Origin: an uncultured Planctomycetaceae bacterium
GTDB lineage: Bacteria; Planctomycetota; Planctomycetia; Pirellulales; PALSA-1355
Reading direction: 5' to 3'
Length of the DNA stretch: 64,000 nt
NCBI GenBank assembly: GCA_963793635.1
Contig: CAWCAX010000006.1
Coordinates: 597,802-661,801, forward strand
Positions within the stretch are counted from its first letter, which is position 1, and each line of letters opens with the position of its first letter. This document shows, piece after piece, positions 1-10,947 of the stretch. A program made the translations under genes and the position numbers. The notes below the pieces were generated by a model. The model did no database searches. It was not told where the DNA came from and was given only the letters and a program-made list of their open reading frames with translations.

Positions 1-3000
1 CACGATCGGCAGCCTGGGCGCCAATGGCGGAAACCCCTTGCTGCTCTCCAGCGGCGGCACGATTCAGATCACCTCCGGATTCACCGGCACCGGCACGACC
101 CAAACCATCAATGCTCCGCTGGTGCTTGAGCCGACCGGCCCGACGAGCACGGGTTCTTATACGTTTGCCAATAATTCGTCCGACTCGACCAATGTCCTCC
201 ACTTCGGCGGGAATATCAGCGGCGGCTCGACCACATCGACCGTGACGCTCAACCTGAGCGGGAGCAACACCGGCGCCAACTACATCAGCGGCCTTTCCGA
301 TGGCTCGGCGGGGAGCGTGGCGCTTGCCAAGAGCGGAAGCGGCACCTGGACCGTCAATGGCAACAACGCATTTACCGGCGGCGTTTCGGTCTCCGGAGGA
401 ACGCTTGCCAGCGGCCAAGACAGCAGCCTGGGCGCAACGGCCAACAGCGTTACCCTGACCAACGGCGGCACCTGGCAACTCGCGCCCGGCATTTCTGGCG
501 GCGCCAACACGCACGGCATTATTCTTGGGTCCGGGGGTGGTGCGATCGTCGCCAACGGCGACTCCGAATTTACGGGCACCATCACCGGCGGCACCGGCCT
601 GGCCGTGAACGGCGGAGATTTCATTCCCTATGCCAGTGCCCCAACCTCGATCGGAACGATCACCATTGCCAATGCCCGAGTCCTCGAAGGGCTTGGTTTC
701 GGCGGCAATAACAACTTCATTGCCAACAATTCCGTGGTGGTCAACAGCGGCGGCAATCTGGATTTCGGCACCAGCGGGTCCCTCAATCTGAGCAACGCGA
801 TGACGTTCGCCTCCGGATCAGCTCTCTCCGAGCGCAACACGGCCGTGACATTGACCAATGCCACCATGCCCAGCACCGGGACGATGATCTTCCAGGTCGA
901 CGACACGAATCCGTCTCAGTTGATCACGATCGCCAACAATTGGACTCCGCTGACCGGCACCTTGACGATCCAGGTCGGCGGCAACGGCTCCCAGGGCGCA
1001 ACGCTGGTCAGCGGCGACATCACCGGCGCCTACGGCCTCACGAAAACCGGCGCCAATACGTTGATCCTCACCAGCGCCAACAATTCCTTCAACAGCCTGA
1101 CCGTGGACCAGGGCAACGTTGCGGCTCCCACGTTCAACAGCCCCAACACCAACGGCCCACTGGGCAACGTTTCCAGTGTCACCTTGGGATCGACCGGAAA
1201 TAATACGGGCACGATCGAATACACTGGCACCGCCGCCACCGACTCGAGTTCCATGCCCTTCACTTTGGCCTCTGGCGGCACGGGCGGGTTCCAGGTGGAT
1301 AACGCGGGCACCAACCTCACGCTCACCGGGGCGATCACCGGCAGCGGCGGGTTTGCCAAATATGGCGCCGGCACGCTGACGATCGGCGACAACATCGGCT
1401 TCACCAGCGGCATCAACATTGTCTCCGGCACCCTGGCGATCGACCCCTCGACCACCCTGACCCTGGGCAACAGCTTGAGCGGCGGCGGGACGTTCGAAAA
1501 ATCGGGAGCGGGAACGCTGCAACTCACCGCCAACAACAACGGCCTCTACGGCGGTATGAACATCACGGGCGGCACGCTGATAACTGGTGGCGACGGCAAC
1601 CTGAACAACGGCGCACTGACGATTTCCAGCGGCGGCGACTGGACCTCCTATGGCAGCTCCGGCCATGCCATTGTCGCCAATGGCGGCACCTGGTCTCCGC
1701 AGGGTGATTTCTTCTTCAACGGAACGATAACCGGCGGCGGCGGGCTGACGATCAACACCGGCGACCTTCTGCCGGCCCCGGCGTCACCGACCGACATTGG
1801 CACCATCACCCTCACCGGCACTCGGATCTTGACGATAGGAAATAACAATTTCCTGGCCAATAACACGATCAATGTCATCAACGGCGGAAACCTCGACATC
1901 GGGTCGGGCGGAAATTTGACCCTGACCAGCCCGATGTCGTTCGCCTCGGGCACCAGCTTTGGCGAGCGCGGCACGAACGTGACGGTCAATACGAGCAACG
2001 TATCCTTCCCCAGCACGGGCAAATGACGTTTCAAAGCGACGACACCGGCAGCACGGGCCTGATGACGGTAAACGGCAACTGGCCGACATTGACCGGCAAC
2101 CTCACCATTCAGGTAGGCGCCAATGGAAATCCGGGCGCGTTGGAGTTGACCGGCAATATCGGCGACGGCGGCGACGGCTATAGTCTGACCAAGACTGGCG
2201 GCAATACTCTCATCCTCGACGGCAACAACAGCTTCTCCGGCGGCCTGACCGTCTCGCAAGGCACGATCGCGGCTTCCACTTTTAACAATGCCAACACCAA
2301 CGGCCCCTTGGGCAACAATTCAAGTGTCACCTTGGGCTCCAGCGGCAACACGGGCACGCTCGAATATACCGGCACCGGCGCAACCGCCTCCAGCAACATG
2401 CCTCTCACGCTGGCCTCTGGCGGCACAGGCGGGATCCAGGTGGATAATGCCGGCACGGATCTGACGCTTACCGGAGCCATCACCGGCAGCGGCGGGCTGG
2501 CCAAATTCGGGGCCGGCACGCTGACCATCGGTGACAACTATGGGTTTACCGGCCCCGTGAACATTGCCGCCGGCACTCTGGTGTTGGACCCCACCAACCT
2601 GACGATTTCCAACAACATCAGCGGCAACGGCGCGCTCGTCAAGGACGGCTCGGGAACACTCAACCTCACCGGCAATAACAACGGTCTCTCAGGCAATTTG
2701 ACGATCGCGGGGGGCTCGCTGGTGACCCACGGCGATGCCAACCTGAACAACGGCACGCTCACGATTTCCAGCGGCGGCGACTGGGTGTCCAGTGGCGGCT
2801 CCGGGCACAGCATCATCGCCAACGGCGGAACCTGGTCTCCGCAGGGCGATTTCTTCTTCAACGGAACAATCACCGGCGGCGGCGGGCTGACGATCAATTC
2901 CGGCGATCTTCTGCCCGCGCCGGCATCTCCAACCGACATCGGAACCATCACCATCGATGCTACCGGTGGGTTCACCCGGGTCCTGACCTTCTACAATAAC

Positions 3001-5883
3001 AACTTCATCGCCAATAACACCGTCAATGTCGTCAACGGCGGAAATCTCGATATCGGCTCCGGCGGAAGTTTGACCCTGACCAATACGATGTCGTTCGCCT
3101 CAGGCACGAGCTTCGGCGAGCGCGGCACGGCCGTGACCGTAGACACGAGCAACGTCACCTTCCCCAGTGCCGGCATGATGACCTTCCAAAACGACGACAC
3201 GGGCAACGGGGCTCCGATGCTCGTCACCGGCAACTGGCCAACGCTGACCGGCAACTTGACCCTGCAGGTGGGTACCGGCGGAAACCCAGGTACTTTGGAG
3301 TTACAGGGCGTCATGAGCGACGGCGGCGCGGGCTACGGTCTGACAAAAACCGGACCCAACGAGTTGATTCTTACTGGCGCCAATACCTTCAGTGGCAATA
3401 CGACGATCTCCGGCGGCAGTATCGAATTGAACAACCCTTTAGCGCTGCAGTACAGCACGGTCTCGACCAGTGTGACCAACGGCCTGACGTTCGCATCGAC
3501 CGGCTCCTATACCATCGGCGGACTGACGGGCGCCGGCAACGAGGACATCCCCAATGGCGTCACGCTGATCGTGGGCAACAATAGCACGCTGGCCACCAAC
3601 GACATTTACTCCGGCCAGTTGAGCGACTCGGGTTCGCTGACCAAAATCGGCGCCGGAACGCTCACGCTCACCGGCTACAACGGCGGATTCTCCGGCCCGA
3701 TCTCGATCCAGGGGGGCACGCTGGCGACCTACAATTACTACGGCGGCGCCAGCCTCGGTTCCGGATCAAACCTGGTCACGATCTCCAACGGCGCCACCTG
3801 GCAGCCGACCGGCAATGCCAGCTACTCGCAGAACTTCGTGCTCGGGACCGGCGGCGGGGTTTTCAACGCGGCTCTGAATCCCGGCTGGGATATTTTCCAG
3901 TCCGGCACGATCACGGGTGGAACCGGCCTGACGGTCACCAATGGCGATTTCCTGGAAGCTCCCGGCTCCGAAAACAATCTCGGAACGTTGACGATCAATG
4001 GCGGCCGCGTCCTGATCGTGGGCGGCGGCGACAATTTTCTCGGGTACACCGGCGGCGCTTACGCTCCGGCCACCGTCTTTGTCAACAGCGGCGGCAATCT
4101 TGATTTCGGCCAAGGCGGAACGGAAACGCCTTCCAACACGATGACCTTTGCCTCCGGGTCATACCTGGGAGAGCGCAACGGTACAAGCCTGGTGCTCGGC
4201 TCGAATGTCACCCTTCCCAGTTCCGGCACATTCGGCATTCAGGCCGACGACACCAATACCAATAATCTGATCACGATCAATGGCAATTGGCCGTTGACCG
4301 GTAATCTAGCCCTGACGCTCGGCAGCGCTGGAAACACCAATGGCAACGTGATGGTCAATGGCCTGATCAGCGGCAGCGGCGGCCTGACCGTCAACGACGC
4401 GAACACCGTCAGCGGAACCAATACGCTGATCCTGAACAACGCGAACACGTTCACCGGCGCCACGACGATCAATTCGGGTTTCGTTCAGTTGGATAACTTC
4501 TTGGCGTTGCAGAACAGCACAGTCTCGATCGGCACGCCCAACGGCCTGACGTTCGCCAATAGCGGTGCCTATACCATCGGCGGCCTGGCCGGCGCCAGCA
4601 ACGAGGCCCTGACCAACGTCACCACGCTGAACGTGGGCAATGACAGCACGCTGGCCACGAACAATACGTACTCCGGCGTGCTCAGCGGCAGTGCTGCGTA
4701 CACCGAAGTGGGCCTGGGCACCCAAACCCTCAGCGGCCAGAACACCTACACCGGCGCAACCACCGTCAGCGGCGGCACGCTGATCGCCGGCACCGATTCT
4801 CCCAACGGCGGCCCCGGCGCCTTCGGCAACGCATCCAGCCCCATCACGCTGGGCGATGCCGGCACGACCGCAAATAACTGGAGCCCGTCGCTGATGATCG
4901 GCGGAGCCTTTACGATCGATCGGGCGATCACGATCGCCAACCAGGCCACCACCGGCACCTACACTATCGGTGGCAGCACCGACAGCAACGCCGTGTTCGC
5001 CGGCTTGATCACACTCGATCACTCCCTCACGATTTCGCAAGTCGCCAACGCCGGCTCGAATGCCTTGAGCATTAACGGCGGTATCTTGGCCGGCATCAAT
5101 TCCACCGAGACCGTGACCTTCTCCGGGCCGGGCAACATCCACGTCGGCGGCGCTGCCATCGGTGACGGGGCCGGCACCGTGGCGGTGGGCGTCAGCGGCG
5201 GAACCGTTACCTTCTCCGGCGCCAATACCTACTCCGGCGGCACCAGCGTCTCGGCAGGCATTTTGAACGTCAACAACACGAGCGGCTCGGGCACCGGCTC
5301 GGGTTCTGTTTCGATCTCCGGCACCGGCACCCTGGCCGGTTCCGGATCCATCGCCGGCGCGGTCAGCATCGGCGACGGCACGATCAACCCGGGCGCCATC
5401 AACGGAACGAGCATCCTGAGCATCAACAGCCTGACCATGGATGGCTCCGCCAACTTCGCCGTCAACATCGCCGCCGGAGCCAGCAGCGGCCCGATCGCGG
5501 GCACGAATTACGACTCGGTCTACATCACCACCAGCACTGGCGGCGTTCAGGCGGTTCTGGGTGGGGCCAATTTGGTCCTCAACGACAGCGCGTACACCAC
5601 GGTCATCGGCCAGCTCTTCGACATCCTGCACTTCACCACCTTGAACGGTCCGACCTTCAGCGGGAATTTCTACTACGGTGGCATGGAGTTGTTCAACGAC
5701 GAATATTTCGTCGACGCCAACGGCCGGTGGTATGAGATCCACTACGGCGACGTGAGAGGCTTCGGCAACGACGTGGTGTTGGAGGCGGTGCCCGAGCCGG
5801 GGTCACTGATGCTGTTCGGCTTGGGCGCGCTGGGTCTGATGACCCTCCTCCGCCGGCGGTCCCGAACGAAGCGGCCGGAATGA
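1..5883 (+). CDS. Giant PEP-CTERM surface protein with autotransporter-associated beta-strand repeats (5'-truncated by the window; one frameshift at ~2022)
   Basis: ORFs 38..2026 and 2023..5883 are continuous in content (LTKxGxGTLxLxGxNxYxGxTxxxxGTL repeats). C-terminus is VPEPGSLMLFGLGALGLMTLLRRR. The junction ggc-aaatgacg is one base short relative to the repeat copy at ~3172 (GMMTFQ). Confidence 0.9.
1036..3339 (+). repeat. Intragenic tandem duplication of ~1.15 kb (two copies, ~1036-2184 and ~2185-3339)
   Basis: LTKTGxNxLIL recurs at ~1036, ~2185 and ~3340. Long identical peptides such as ANGGTWSPQGDFFFNGTITGGGGLTIN and MSFASGTSFGERGT occur in both copies. Confidence 0.85.
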
Positions 5884-5925
5884 AGCCGGTCGGCGCGATT
5901 CCTCTTCTTCCGCGACACATTCAGC

Positions 5926-5958
5926 AAAAACAGCCTTGGACGAATCCAAGGCTGTTTT
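5926..5958. terminator. Intrinsic terminator (bidirectional shape)
   Basis: aaaaacagccttgga-cgaa-tccaaggctgtttt, about 45 nt after the PEP-CTERM stop. Confidence 0.8.
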
Positions 5959-6118
5959 CCATTACCGGCAGCGGGAATTGCCAGCGACCGTCCATCCAAG
6001 CCGTCGCAATCCTGCGGTCGTGATGGCCATGGTATTTTGCCAGGTTGCTTGGCCGTTTGTCGATTTCTGGGTATGGTGCAGTTAAATGCGATCTGTCAGC
6101 CCGGCGGAGTTCTGACCC

Positions 6119-6652
6119 GTGAAAAAGCTCGTCTTGACCCTGCTCGCTTGCATGGTGCCGGTGAGTGCTGCCCACGCTCAAACGGCCGCACACCAGAAAA
6201 GGAGCAAAGCAGCGATTGCCAAACGGGCGGCAGCAGAACGGGCAGCGAAGGCCGCCAAACTTGCGGAGCAGCAAGCCGCCAAAGCCGCCGAGCCCCTCGA
6301 GCCGCCAATGCCCGCCAGATTGCCGCAATTGGGCGACACGGGACGATTGCCCAACGGCTTTCGGGTAAAACAAATCGTCGATGAGCAAACGATGCTGGTT
6401 GGCTCACGCTGGAATATCGACGCATCCCAAGCCGCTGCACAGGGCACGCCAGGAGCGAAAAGCAACAACCATGAGATCGCGTTTTGGCTCGTGAGCTATC
6501 CGACCAAGGGAATCGCTGTCGGGGCGGTTGTCGAGCCGAAAACAAGCTTTACGATCAGCGGGACGAAACAATATGGCACGGTGGCGGGAGCGAGCAAGAC
6601 CATCTTTGTGCTCGAGCCGGTTGCCGAGACCAAGCCGGTCGAAAAGAAGTAA
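6119..6652 (+). CDS. Hypothetical secreted protein (signal peptide, Ala/Lys-rich helix, beta-rich C-terminus)
   Basis: 177-aa ORF starting MKKLVLTLLACMVPVSAAHA (signal peptide with AHA cleavage site). Confidence 0.75.
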   Translation: MKKLVLTLLACMVPVSAAHAQTAAHQKRSKAAIAKRAAAERAAKAAKLAEQQAAKAAEPLEPPMPARLPQLGDTGRLPNGFRVKQIVDEQTMLVGSRWNIDASQAAAQGTPGAKSNNHEIAFWLVSYPTKGIAVGAVVEPKTSFTISGTKQYGTVAGASKTIFVLEPVAETKPVEKK

Positions 6653-6791
6653 GCAGTGCCCGAATCAATTCGTCGATCGGGCTGACATGCTGCCTGGTAA
6701 ATCCCGGCTTCGTTTCGCCGGTGTTCAGCCTGCCTTTCGTGAAAGTCTGGGACTTACAAACGCTCGCCAAGCCGACCTTGATTCGAGTGGT

Positions 6792-7352
6792 TTAACGGGC
6801 GGCATTCTTACGCAGGGACGTTATTCGGTGCCGCTCGAAATCCGTGTTGAACGTGATCGTCACCGAGTCCCCTGGCTTGAGCCCCTTCAGCAGCGCCATG
6901 AAATCTTTATCGTTGTAGTTGGCGCCGGGGGCATAAGCGTCCGCAACGCCGTTTTTCGGCTTCACCTCGACCCAGAAATCGTTGTAGACCTTTACGACAT
7001 TGCCTGTCACGGTTCCAGAGGCTTTGAGGATTTGCCGCTTTATGCTCACCAGCCGCCGCGTGTCGCCGTCTGGCTTGTACGTCAACTGCACTCGGCAGGC
7101 GTTGAAGACCGCTTTGAAAGCCTCTTGTAGTTTCTTGTCCGAGGGATCGATGGCGTACTTGACGGCTTCCTCTTCGCCGTCGGCCTTCACGAGAATCCCG
7201 TTGTCTTTCTTATCGATATAAATTCCCGCAACCTTGCCTGCGTCCGGCTTGGCGTTCTGATCTGCGGCGGATGCAACCGGCGGACTCGACAAGCCAGCAG
7301 TGAGCAGCAGGGTGGCGCCAATCAGTTTCAAGAAGGCGCGGTGTTTTGGCAT
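6792..7352 (-). CDS. Hypothetical secreted protein, possibly two tandem OB-fold-like domains
   Basis: 186-aa ORF with signal peptide and two similar halves (VAGIYIDKK...RVQLTY and VTGNVVKVY...LKPGDSVTITF). Confidence 0.75.
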   Translation of the reverse strand: MPKHRAFLKLIGATLLLTAGLSSPPVASAADQNAKPDAGKVAGIYIDKKDNGILVKADGEEEAVKYAIDPSDKKLQEAFKAVFNACRVQLTYKPDGDTRRLVSIKRQILKASGTVTGNVVKVYNDFWVEVKPKNGVADAYAPGANYNDKDFMALLKGLKPGDSVTITFNTDFERHRITSLRKNAAR

Positions 7353-7551
7353 GGCTCGTTCGCCTAGGCGTGGGTCTGAAGCCAGTGTTGGGCGTCGGCT
7401 GTCCGCTAGGATTGGATGCTATTGCCGGTATTCTACTCCAGAGCGTCGGCGTCAGAAACGAGCCCAGCGCCACCGTCAGGCCAATGAACAAGCCACTTAG
7501 GACTTTTCCCAAGTGGCTTTGAAGTTGAGAGCGCACAAGTGGGCGTGCATA

Positions 7552-7938
7552 TCAACTCTTGGCAGGGCCCAAAACACGCCCCAGGGCCTGCCGTGGCGGC
7601 AATTTCAGGATTTTCCATACCGTTTTCGCGTAGCTTTTTTCCAGTCTCACCAGTCTGGCCAGCCGCACGTCAATGGTCCGAAATTGGCCGCTGGGCGACT
7701 TTACGAAAACAAACGGTAGGCAGATCGCCTTGACCTTCAGGGGCGCGCGGCCTTCGGTTGGCAGACGGCGCACCCGAACCAGTTCGTCCCGGCAGCTCGA
7801 CAGCGTATCGGTCCAAAGGAATGACGGCAGCTCGACAACTTCGCTCAGCACAGCGACGAAGTCGCCGCGGCGCAAGTCTTCAGGCGCGATCGACGCCGCG
7901 ATTGAGCTGCATTCACCATCTAGCAGTCGGATCTTCAT
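7552..7938 (-). CDS. Hypothetical protein
   Basis: 128-aa ATG ORF with globular composition (APEDLRRGDFVAVL...PLKVKAICLPFVFVK). Confidence 0.7.
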   Translation of the reverse strand: MKIRLLDGECSSIAASIAPEDLRRGDFVAVLSEVVELPSFLWTDTLSSCRDELVRVRRLPTEGRAPLKVKAICLPFVFVKSPSGQFRTIDVRLARLVRLEKSYAKTVWKILKLPPRQALGRVLGPAKS

Positions 7939-8078
7939 AAAACCGTCACCAGGCGCATCGAATCGACTTAATGCCGATCGAGTTGCCGGAGTAAAGCAGG
8001 ACCGTCAATTTGCAGAAGCGGGACCAGACCATTGGACCGATTGCCAGCCTCATTGGTTCACTTAGAGCCCGGCGACAA

Positions 8079-8165
8079 AGCGTCTGGGCAAAGGCAGACA
8101 GCCCCATTTGTTGCCCAGAGGAACGGAAAATCGGGGCCATCCCCCGACGTTTTGTCCCAGGCGCT
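8079..8165. repeat. Degenerate MITE/REP-like palindromic element
   Basis: Imperfect terminal inverted repeat agcgtctgggcaaa / ttttgtcccaggcgct around gacagccccattt...aaaatcggggccatcccc; same architecture as 32103-32195. Confidence 0.5.
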
Positions 8166-8305
8166 CAGCGAGCACGGGCCCCGCGATGGTCGGTCTTTTC
8201 CGGCGATCGTGGGGCTCGGCTTTTTTACTGGCCTCCCGTCGGCTCCCCCAAGCAGCAGGTCCCGCCGCCACTTCACTCGCCTGCCCCCAGCCGCCCGCGC
8301 AGGGC

Positions 8306-8333
8306 TTGACATATTCTCGAATGGGAATATAAT
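8306..8333 (+). promoter_or_regulatory. Consensus sigma70 promoter overlapped by a palindromic operator; leaderless mRNA
   Basis: TTGACA (8306-8311) -16 nt- TATAAT (8328-8333), with ATG at 8340. Inverted repeat ATATTC-N8-GAATAT at 8311-8330. Confidence 0.8.
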
Positions 8334-8339
8334 CCCGGC

Positions 8340-8715
8340 ATGTCACGCGCCGCGGCCACGTCCGACGTCTTCAACGCCATCGCCGAGCCCGGCGCCGGCA
8401 GATCATCGACCTGTTGTGCCGCCGCCACGCGCTGGCCGTGGGCACCATCGTGGCCGTGCTGGGGCTGCCGCAGCCGGCCGTCTCCAAACACCTGGGCGTG
8501 CTCCGCCAGGTGGGGATTGTTTCGGTCAGCAAGCAGGGCAAGGCGCGGGTGTATGCATTGAATTACGACCAGCTCCGCCCGGTCTACGATTGGGTCAAGA
8601 CATTCGAGCAGCATTGGGACCGCCAACTCGACCGCATCCGCGCGCGGGCCGAGCGCGCGCGCTGGCCCTGCCCACTTCGCCCCCGCGCACCAACCGCCAG
8701 AAAGGAACTTCATGA
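8340..8715 (+). CDS. ArsR/SmtB-family transcriptional regulator (frameshifted)
   Basis: MSRAAATSDVFNAIAEP continues in another frame as RRQIIDLL...LPQPAVSKHLGVLRQVGIVSVSKQGKARVY (winged HTH). Indels near 8390 and ~8660; probable stop overlaps the next ATG. Confidence 0.85.
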
Positions 8716-9227
8716 CCACCGACATCCAACTGCCGCAAACGCCCGAAACCGTCGAGATCCACAAGCAGGTCGACATCGCGGCGCCGATCGAGATCGCCTT
8801 TGCCGCGCTGCTCGAAGAGCTGGGCTCGGAAGCCCAAATGATGGACGGCACGCCCATGCCGTTTAAACTGGAGGCCTGGCCGGGGGGCCGCTGGTATCGC
8901 AACCTGGGCGACAGCGCCGGACATTTTTGGGGGCACGTGCAAGTGATCAAGCCGCCCAATCTGCTGGAGATCTGCGGACCGATGATGATGTCGTACCCGG
9001 CGATCAACCATCTCCAGTATCGCTTCACGGCCCAGGGCAGCGGCACGCGGCTGACGTTCTTCCATCGCGGCCTGGGACTGATCACGTCCCAGCATCGCGA
9101 GGGCATGCCCCTGGGCTGGGGACATTGGACCGACCGGATTCGCCAGCGTGCCGAGCGCACGGCCTCTGAACGCACAGCCTCTGAACGCACAGCCTCTGAA
9201 CGCACGACCGCCGAGCGAAAAAAATAG
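8712..9227 (+). CDS. SRPBCC/AHSA1 (START-like) domain protein
   Basis: VDIAAPIEIAF...LEAWPGGRW...VQVIKPPNLL...GTRLTFFH...GW motifs; typical ArsR-SRPBCC pairing. Confidence 0.85.
   Translation: MTTDIQLPQTPETVEIHKQVDIAAPIEIAFAALLEELGSEAQMMDGTPMPFKLEAWPGGRWYRNLGDSAGHFWGHVQVIKPPNLLEICGPMMMSYPAINHLQYRFTAQGSGTRLTFFHRGLGLITSQHREGMPLGWGHWTDRIRQRAERTASERTASERTASERTTAERKK
9153..9212 (+). repeat. 15-bp tandem repeat x4 encoding ERTAS
   Basis: gagcgcacggcctct gaacgcacagcctct gaacgcacagcctct gaacgcacgaccgcc. Confidence 0.85.
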
Positions 9228-9290
9228 CGCCCGCCCACCGCTCTGCGCATTATTCCTTCTCGCACCAATCCGTTTGCAGGAGCTTCCAAC

Positions 9291-10060
9291 ATGAACGCCA
9301 CGACGACTGCCCCCGATCATCCGGTTGTTTCCCAAGCCGAATGGCTGCGTGCCCGCGGCCAACTGCTGGCCAAGGAAAAGGAGCTGACTCGCCTGAATGA
9401 CGAGCTGAGCCGACAGCGCCAGCAGTTGCCCTGGACCCGCGTCGAAAAATCATACGCCTTCGTCGGGCCGCAGGGCCAGTTGACTCTGGCCGACCTCTTT
9501 GGCCGGCACAGCCAACTAGCAGCGTATCACTTCATGTTCGGTCCCGACTGGACCGAAGGCTGCCCGGGCTGTTCCTACTTGATGGATCACATGGACGGCG
9601 CGATCGAGCATCTGGCGGCGCGGGACGTGGCGCTGGTGCTGGTTTCGCGCGGGCCGCTGGACAAGATCGAAGCCTTCAGGCGGCGGATGGGTTGGCGATT
9701 CTTTTGGGTCTCGTCGGCCGGCTGCGATTTCAATCGCGACTTCGGCGTTTCGTTCAGCAAGGAAGAGCTCGCCGGCGGCGAAAAGCTGTACAACTTCGGC
9801 TCGATCGTTCCGCACGGCGAAGAAAACCCCGGCATGAGCTGGTTCTACAAGGATGCCGCGGGCGCCGTGTTCCACACTTATTCGACGTATGGCCGCGGAC
9901 TGGAAGGGATGGTGGGAACGTACACGGTCCTGGACCGAGGGCCCAAGGGCGCGACGAAGACAGCCTGCCCTCGCCGATGTCCTGGGTGCGCCACCACGAC
10001 AAGTACGAGCCGGCCGTCCACAGCTTGGAATCATGCTGCCACAAATCGGACAATCACTGA
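9291..10060 (+). CDS. DUF899 family thioredoxin-like protein (frameshift near 9945)
   Basis: LLAKEKELTR...LPW...YHFMFGPDWTEGCPGCS...FHTYSTYGRG; the C-terminus PKGRDED...WVRHHDKY lies in the ORF 9692..10060 frame. Confidence 0.88.
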
Positions 10061-10367
10061 CCGCCGGCTGCTGCCACGCCGCCGATCCGCCGGCGCACTC
10101 TGCCCGGGGTCGGGACACTGCCGCGGCGCTGCTGGGGCTGGGTCTATGGGCTTTGGTGCCCAAATGCCCGCTGTGCCTGGCCGCGCACGTGGCGCTGTGG
10201 ACCGGCCTGGGGCTGTCGCTGACCACGGCCACGCTGCTCCGCTGGTTTTTGCTTTCGCTGGCGGCGCACTGCTGGGTTACGTCGCGCTGAAGCGAGTCCG
10301 CGCGGTAGGACCAGCGGCGCGCGGAAACTGCCGGCCGCCGCCGCCGACACATTCGAATCGCGGCTAA
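10033..10367 (+). CDS. Small membrane protein with PKCPxC motif (probable frameshift near 10262; start uncertain)
   Basis: LLGLGLWALVPKCPLCLAAHVALWTGLGLS hydrophobic stretch directly after DUF899. Confidence 0.6.
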
Positions 10368-10455
10368 AGTCAACTCGCCTTTTGCGCCCGCTCAGGCAGG
10401 AAATCAATTGGCCTGGCATGAGCGAGCGCATCGAGTCCAGTGGAGGCGGCGGGAA
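10349..10455. repeat. Direct-repeat copy of 11294-11401, including 15 nt of the tmRNA 3' end (att-like scar)
   Basis: acattcga...cgccttttgcgcccgctcag...atgagcgagcgca.cgagtc...tggaggcggcgggaa occurs in both copies. Confidence 0.85.
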
Positions 10456-10614
10456 AGATCGAGATGAATTGCGGCCGGTGCCGAGCTTGAATCGCCCCAA
10501 TACATTGCGAGGCAGGCTTGCGTCGATTTTGAATGCCAAAAGAACGTTATTGCAAAACGCGCCGGCAGTTATTGCAATTCGGCCGCACGATTTGTGAAGG
10601 TGTGACCGGCACGG

Positions 10615-10908
10615 CTAGATCTTGACCACTCGTGTTTTTTGGCCGGTTTGTGCCTCGATGTTCTCGCAAATCTCAGCAATGATTTGATCCGCCCGCTCCT
10701 CTGAAATTACCCCGGTTTCAAATGCGACTTGGAAGCCGGGGTCCTCATCGGAAAGGCTTATTTCAGCGCCCTCGACCTCGATGCGGTTGCTTCCCCATCC
10801 GTCGATGTTTTTTGACGCTGTGCGAATTGGATGAAGGACGTTCGGGTACTGGTCGCCTGGGATTGAAAACCATTCTTCGTCGGTGCCGCGAATCAGATAC
10901 TCAAGCAT
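10615..10908 (-). CDS. Small acidic hypothetical protein
   Basis: 97-aa ATG ORF co-oriented with and 39 nt downstream of the GIY-YIG gene; lower GC than the flanks. Confidence 0.7.
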   Translation of the reverse strand: MLEYLIRGTDEEWFSIPGDQYPNVLHPIRTASKNIDGWGSNRIEVEGAEISLSDEDPGFQVAFETGVISEERADQIIAEICENIEAQTGQKTRVVKI

Positions 10909-10947
10909 GCGATTACCGACAAGTGGGAACGCACCGCGAAATTGCGC

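Noticed and set aside
2015-2030. Programmed frameshift or two separate genes in the PEP-CTERM locus
   Set aside because: The duplicated copy at ~3172 is in frame; a one-base loss in an A-run fits the window-wide error pattern.
7960-8050. tRNA-Cys-like sequence on the - strand (GTCCAATGGT...CTGCAAA)
   Set aside because: The anticodon, T and acceptor stems do not pair convincingly.
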